41,834 bases of DNA from Saprospiraceae bacterium (GTDB lineage: Bacteria; Bacteroidota; Bacteroidia; Chitinophagales; Saprospiraceae). A program made the position numbers and the translations under genes. The notes beneath the pieces were generated by a model that was not told the origin of the DNA, made no database searches, and saw only the letters and a program-made list of their open reading frames with translations. The stretch spans positions 1 to 41,834 of the forward strand of contig JAWLFI010000001.1 of the NCBI GenBank assembly GCA_041685645.1, read 5' to 3'. This document shows positions 37,130 to 41,834 of this stretch, piece by piece; within the stretch, counting starts at the first letter, position 1; every line of letters starts with the position of its first letter.

Positions 37130-39367
37130 ATGAGTTTAAGGGGCTTTTTTGTTATTGCTGGCTTTTTTGTTGTTTTTCTTATTGCTTGTTCCACTCCTGA
37201 AAAATCAAGAGAGTTTTCCCCTGTCGCTGGTTTGGAGCAAATGCGAGATAGTATAGATAGTATTTTTAGTGCTATGAATCCAGCATTTGCCATTTATGAT
37301 AATGAAAAAAGAGCGGAGTTTTTGGCCCAGAAGATTCGAGAAAATCAAACCCCCGGAGTAATATTTGATTTTGCCAAGGAAAAGTTGAATGCCGGAGACA
37401 CTGAAACATCGATATCAATCATTGAGAATATCCTCAACAATAATCCCCAGTTAAAAACAGTGACTTCGAGTTCACTCATTTTACATGAGTTTTTAGGGAT
37501 TTGCTACTTGAGATTGGCAGAGCAAAAGAACTGTCAAAATTTTCATAGCGCTGAGTCTTGTATCGTTCCCCTCCAGGGGGGTGGGGTTCATAGAGATAAA
37601 AGCCCGGCACAACGTGCTAAAGAGATTTATCGGGGAATTCTTGACTTCCGGCCTGAAGATCTGGAAACGCGTTGGCTACTCAATATTGCTTACATGGCTT
37701 TGGGAGAATATCCGGATGAGATTCCCGAAAAGTACTTCATCGAATTACCAAATGAGCAACAATGGGAGCCAATGGAGAATATTGCCGGCTCGCTTGGCGT
37801 AGATGTGAATGACCTTTCCGGCAGTGTGATTGCAGATGACTTTACGAATAATGGATACCTGGATTTGATGGTTTCTTCCTGGGGGGGCAAGGGATCCATA
37901 AAGTTTTTTGTTAACCAAGGTGCCGAGGGCTTTAAAGACAATACAGAGGCAAGTAATTTGAACCTGTGCTACGGAGGACTCAATATTAAGCAAGCAGACT
38001 TTGACAATGATGGTTGGATGGATTTTATCATTTTGAGAGGGGCCTGGAAACCCAATTTGGAATGGGGAATACCACCCAATTCTCTCATCCGAAACAATGG
38101 GGATGGTACATTCTCTGATGTTACTTTCGAAGCGGGCTTGTATAGCCAAAGACCGTCGCAATCTGCTGTATGGCTTGACTATGATTTAGATGGTCTGATA
38201 GACCTTTTTATTGCGAATGAAACAACAAAAAGCAGTGGAATCGACTTTCCCTGTCAACTTTACAGCAACAATGGCGATGGGACCTTTACAGATGTAGCAG
38301 AGGATCTACAGCTTGATTATGTGGGGTATTTCAAAGGAGTAGTAAGCGGGGATATAAATAACGATGGCCGGCCGGATTTATTTCTGTCTAATTTGGATGG
38401 GAACAATGTGTTATTAGAGAACCGAAAACAAAATGGAAAGGTCGTATTTCACGATATTTCACAAAAAGCAGGGGTGGAGTTTCCTCAATCGGCCTTCCCT
38501 GCCTGGTTTTTCGATTATAATCAGGATGGATATGAAGATATTTATGTGGCCACCTTTGACAGCACTGCTTTTAAGAACCAATCTGGGGAATTTGCAGCGA
38601 GTATGTTGGGTATGGAGGTGAACTGCGAACCCAATTATTTATATGAAAACCAGGGCGACGGTACATTTCTAAATGTAGCCCCGGATAAGTTTGACTTTCA
38701 TGCCTTATCCACGATGGGATGCAACTATGGAGATATAACGAACTCGGGATTTCCCGATTTTTATTTGGGAACCGGCGCCCCGGATTATCGATCAACCGTT
38801 CCAAATCGATTGTTTATCAATGAGGAGGGGGCGCATTTTACTGATGCTACCTTTGCCACTCAAACCGGGCATGTTCAAAAAGGACATGGTATTTGCTTTG
38901 CTGATTTTAATCACAATGGACGACAAGATATTTATGCTGTTATGGGTGGGGCATTTTCCGGGGATGTTTTTCACAATGCGCTTTACGAAAACCAGCAAGC
39001 AAAAGGTTCCTGGGTGAAGTTGAAACTAGAGGGGCAGAAAAGCAATGCTGCTGCCTTTGGCGCCCGGATTCAGGTTCACGGAGTCGACGCAAACGGATCC
39101 AAAATGATCCGATACAGTGCTGTGTCGTCCGGTGCTAGTTTTGGCGGAAACCCGACAGAAGTTCATATGGGGCTGGCAGAGATGGACAGCATTGATTCAC
39201 TTATTGTATTATGGCCTAATGAAGAACAATTGAAGATCACATATTCCGATATCCGGGTCAATCAACGTTACAAACTGAATGAAAGCGGTACAGTGGTTAA
39301 TTATCCAGTAAATCGATTTTCTTATCCCACGGATTCTATGCACCATCACCATGACCACCCTATGTAA
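37130..39367 (+). CDS. CRTAC1-like lipoprotein: TPR-like N-terminus, FG-GAP/VCBS repeats, UnbV/ASPIC C-terminal domain, His-rich tail
   Basis: Lipobox FLIAC. It has at least 7 repeats of the D-x-(D/N)-x-D/N-G-x-x-D type (DFDNDGWMDF, DYDLDGLIDLF, GDINNDGRPDLF and others). UnbV-like GSWVKLKLEG...AFGARIQV. It ends DSMHHHHDHPM. Confidence 0.88.
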   Translation: MSLRGFFVIAGFFVVFLIACSTPEKSREFSPVAGLEQMRDSIDSIFSAMNPAFAIYDNEKRAEFLAQKIRENQTPGVIFDFAKEKLNAGDTETSISIIENILNNNPQLKTVTSSSLILHEFLGICYLRLAEQKNCQNFHSAESCIVPLQGGGVHRDKSPAQRAKEIYRGILDFRPEDLETRWLLNIAYMALGEYPDEIPEKYFIELPNEQQWEPMENIAGSLGVDVNDLSGSVIADDFTNNGYLDLMVSSWGGKGSIKFFVNQGAEGFKDNTEASNLNLCYGGLNIKQADFDNDGWMDFIILRGAWKPNLEWGIPPNSLIRNNGDGTFSDVTFEAGLYSQRPSQSAVWLDYDLDGLIDLFIANETTKSSGIDFPCQLYSNNGDGTFTDVAEDLQLDYVGYFKGVVSGDINNDGRPDLFLSNLDGNNVLLENRKQNGKVVFHDISQKAGVEFPQSAFPAWFFDYNQDGYEDIYVATFDSTAFKNQSGEFAASMLGMEVNCEPNYLYENQGDGTFLNVAPDKFDFHALSTMGCNYGDITNSGFPDFYLGTGAPDYRSTVPNRLFINEEGAHFTDATFATQTGHVQKGHGICFADFNHNGRQDIYAVMGGAFSGDVFHNALYENQQAKGSWVKLKLEGQKSNAAAFGARIQVHGVDANGSKMIRYSAVSSGASFGGNPTEVHMGLAEMDSIDSLIVLWPNEEQLKITYSDIRVNQRYKLNESGTVVNYPVNRFSYPTDSMHHHHDHPM

Positions 39368-39427
39368 GGAGGCGCTACTATTTTTTTCTTTACCAATCGT
39401 TTATTTTATATCGATGGTGTTGGTAAA

Positions 39428-39443
39428 TAACAACTAGTTGTTA
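39428..39443. promoter_or_regulatory. Perfect 16-bp palindrome TAACAACTAGTTGTTA between the CRTAC1-like and PAP2-like genes
   Basis: Self-complementary over 16 nt. It lies 61 nt after the upstream stop and 62 nt before ATG 39505. No T-run follows it, so an operator is at least as likely as a terminator. Confidence 0.3.
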
Positions 39444-39504
39444 CCTTTGTACAAATAATGCTAAAATGAAGTAGACTCAGTGTCTGCTTTGTCAAATACA
39501 ACAC

Positions 39505-41037
39505 ATGATTAGATCAACTGATACCATTGTGATTCGAGTCGCGATGATTGGAGTTTTAATTACAGCAGCTACTTTCTATGGCTGCCAGCCGGACATTAAT
39601 AAAGAAAGCGAGGTCACTACAGATGCAACGCAAGAGCCCCGTGGTGCTGAGAATATCGCCTACAAATGGGCAAAGAAAGCTCTGGATGCCACAGCATGGG
39701 ATACGGATCGATTTAAGCCACGTCCAACCATCACTTCCCGCTATCTTGCATTGACGATGGTTGCTATGTACGACGCCTGGTCCATGTACGAATCTGATAC
39801 AAAGTCAATTTATTATCAAACTGAGACATCAGTTCCTCCGGCTCAGCAACATTTGGAGAATAAGGAAGTCGCAATTAGTTATGCCGCCTACGAGGCACTA
39901 AAGGAATATTATTATTCTGATTCCACGGAGTTCCGGGATTACATGGTGGAACTGGGGTATAATCCGGATACTGTAGTTCGGGATCCCTTGAGTCCTGTGA
40001 ATATTGGCAGAAATGCTGCCTTTCAGGTGATTAAGGCTCGTAAACATGACGGTGCCAATCAATATGGAGAAGAAACAGGTTCAAACGGACAAGCCTACTT
40101 TAATTACTTAAAGTATGAGCCTGTAAATACGCCGGATACGAACATAGATATCAACCGCTGGCAGCCCAAGTATTTTGTGAATGAATCCGACGGGAGCTTA
40201 TTTGCACCGGAGTGTTTGACTCCGTATTGGCAGTTGGTCGAGCCGATAACATTGGACTCGGCCAGTCAGTTTCGTTCACCTCCACCGCCCATGTACGGCG
40301 AGGAGCAATTGCGGAAAGAAGTGGCAGAAGTTGTGGATATGCAGGCCAATTTAACTCCCGAGCAAATCGCTTTGGTTGAGTTTATGCGCGATGGTCCGCA
40401 GTCGGTCCAGCAGGCCGGCCATTGGTTGAAATTTGCACAGGAAGTATCCATTCGAGACCAACATACATTGGATGAGGATATTCAGATGTACTTGCTTGTT
40501 GAGTTAGCTGCTATGGATGGTTTTATAGCATCCTGGGATACCAAAATGCATTACGATTATGCCCGTCCTTATGCTTTAGTTCATGAGTACTTTAAAGGAG
40601 ATACTATAGTAGGCTGGGCGGGTCCCGGGAAGGGGTTCAAAAACATTCGTGGAGAAGACTGGATGCCTTATTCACCACCTGCTTTTCTATGTCCGCCATT
40701 TCCGAGTTATGTTTCAGGGCACAGTACGATTAGTGGAGCATGTGCTGAGGTTCTTCGCTTATATAAAAGTGACGACACCTTCGGCTCGAAAGTTCGCCTT
40801 CAACCGGGAGCCCTAACAGAGCCGGATCCGGCATACGACTCCGTAACTTTACACTTTCCAACATTTACTGAGACAGCCGAAATGGCAGGAGTTTCACGAG
40901 TTTTAGGTGGATATCACATACAAGCCGATAATGTAGAAGGTTTAGAGCTGGGGCGTAATGTCGCTCATCATGTGTTTGATTATTACAATAGTCTTACAGG
41001 CGAGGAAGAAAAAAAGAAAACGGCTCAGAACCCATAA
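39505..41037 (+). CDS. PAP2-superfamily protein of the vanadium-dependent haloperoxidase / acid phosphatase type, lipoprotein
   Basis: The complete tripartite signature is present: K-x6-RP (KMHYDYARP), PSxxSGH (PSYVSGHS) and SR-x5-H-x3-D (SRVLGGYHIQAD). The signal ends in FYGC. Confidence 0.85.
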   Translation: MIRSTDTIVIRVAMIGVLITAATFYGCQPDINKESEVTTDATQEPRGAENIAYKWAKKALDATAWDTDRFKPRPTITSRYLALTMVAMYDAWSMYESDTKSIYYQTETSVPPAQQHLENKEVAISYAAYEALKEYYYSDSTEFRDYMVELGYNPDTVVRDPLSPVNIGRNAAFQVIKARKHDGANQYGEETGSNGQAYFNYLKYEPVNTPDTNIDINRWQPKYFVNESDGSLFAPECLTPYWQLVEPITLDSASQFRSPPPPMYGEEQLRKEVAEVVDMQANLTPEQIALVEFMRDGPQSVQQAGHWLKFAQEVSIRDQHTLDEDIQMYLLVELAAMDGFIASWDTKMHYDYARPYALVHEYFKGDTIVGWAGPGKGFKNIRGEDWMPYSPPAFLCPPFPSYVSGHSTISGACAEVLRLYKSDDTFGSKVRLQPGALTEPDPAYDSVTLHFPTFTETAEMAGVSRVLGGYHIQADNVEGLELGRNVAHHVFDYYNSLTGEEEKKKTAQNP

Positions 41038-41087
41038 GTTAAGACTCGTTTTGATCAGAATCAATTAAACGGCAAAAAGTGAATACC

Positions 41088-41834
41088 ATGATCAGAACCG
41101 ATCCCCCTTTCAACGTCACTATTTTTGCAATATTTTTCTCAGTGGTGTTTTGGCAATGTGAATCCACACCGGAACCTGAGACATCGGAAGCCTTGTTTGA
41201 AGTAGTAGATCCGTCCTTTTCAGGGGTCGACTTTATAAATACCTTAGAGTCTAATCCGAAAACAGCTAGAAATAATATTCGGTATGATTATTATTATAAC
41301 GGCGCAGGGGTAGCCGTTGGTGATGTCAATAATGATGGATTGCCAGATATCTTTTTTGCGGCAAATGAAGGAAAAAATCGACTTTATATAAATCAGGGTG
41401 ACTTTCAGTTTAAGGATGTAACAGAAAAAGCAAATATAAACCCGCCCTCTAAAAATTGGAGTACCGGAGCTATTATGGCTGATGTGAATGGGGATGGCTG
41501 GCTAGATATTTATGTTTGTCAGGCAGGATATGCCATTTATGAAGATCGATCCGATCGAGAGAACCTTCTTTTTATTAACAATAAAGATGGGACATTTACT
41601 GAATCTGCTGAGTCGTACGGAATAAACGATGCAAACGAAAGTGTGAGTGCAGCTTTTTTCGATTATGATAAAGATGGTGATTTGGATTTATATGTGCTCA
41701 ATGAATCACAGTATGCAAAACGAGTTTTTCGAGACGTATTTAAAGAACTTGAAGACCCGAAAAATCTCAGGGAGGCTAGCGGTAGCTTGTACCGAAATGA
41801 CGGGGGAAAATATGTTGACGTTACAGAAGCTTCC
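41088..41834 (+). CDS. Second FG-GAP/VCBS-repeat (UnbV/ASPIC-type) lipoprotein; 3' end cut by the window edge
   Basis: It is not in the ORF track because it has no stop: the frame is open for 249 codons from ATG 41088 to the window end. The signal ends in FWQC. Repeats include GDVNNDGLPDIFF, ADVNGDGWLDIYV and FDYDKDGDLDLYV. Confidence 0.85.
   Translation, partial: MIRTDPPFNVTIFAIFFSVVFWQCESTPEPETSEALFEVVDPSFSGVDFINTLESNPKTARNNIRYDYYYNGAGVAVGDVNNDGLPDIFFAANEGKNRLYINQGDFQFKDVTEKANINPPSKNWSTGAIMADVNGDGWLDIYVCQAGYAIYEDRSDRENLLFINNKDGTFTESAESYGINDANESVSAAFFDYDKDGDLDLYVLNESQYAKRVFRDVFKELEDPKNLREASGSLYRNDGGKYVDVTEAS

Overview
This 41.8 kb chromosomal segment looks like Bacteroidota. Evidence: T9SS C-terminal sorting domains, a fused CcoN-CcoO, a TAnnTTTG-type promoter box, and many lipoprotein or signal-peptide proteins. 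Gene order, left to right: (1) the 3' part of a SulP/STAS anion permease; (2) katG on the minus strand; (3) a ~1.1 kb gene-free stretch holding an orphan T9SS-tail remnant and dense repeats; (4) an M1 zinc aminopeptidase and a small membrane protein; (5) a complete cbb3 oxidase biogenesis cluster (ccoI, ccoS, fused ccoNO, ccoQ, ccoP, ccoG, a FixH-like gene and a DsbD_2/TauE-like gene); (6) a divergent pair, with a CBS-pair protein plus an unknown 360-375 aa protein on the minus strand, facing a FixL-like haem-PAS histidine kinase coupled to a receiver-Crp/Fnr fusion regulator on the plus strand; (7) ~0.6 kb of GC-rich hairpin repeats; (8) an AddA-like/AddB-like helicase-nuclease pair; (9) MarR, a TonB-dependent receptor and a T9SS-secreted alpha/beta-hydrolase-like protein that lacks the nucleophile Ser; (10) an AT-rich block of six small genes (YtxH, a holin-X-like membrane protein, coiled-coil proteins and a lipoprotein); (11) an ABC ATPase, an FtsX-type permease with a His/Asp-rich loop, a CRTAC1-like FG-GAP/UnbV lipoprotein with a His tail, a PAP2/vanadium-haloperoxidase-like lipoprotein, and the 5' part of a second FG-GAP/UnbV lipoprotein. 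I saw no rRNA, tRNA, CRISPR, transposase, integrase or reverse transcriptase. The best candidate for something new is the oxygen-sensing module: a FixL-type kinase, a REC-Crp fusion, and tandem TGAT-N4-ATCA boxes beside the cbb3 cluster. It looks like a FixL-FixJ-FixK cascade collapsed into two proteins. The second candidate is the His-rich ABC / CRTAC1 / haloperoxidase-like cluster. Two GC-rich repeat families and a composite tandem repeat are also notable. Everything here comes from reading the sequence and recalling family motifs; no searches were run.
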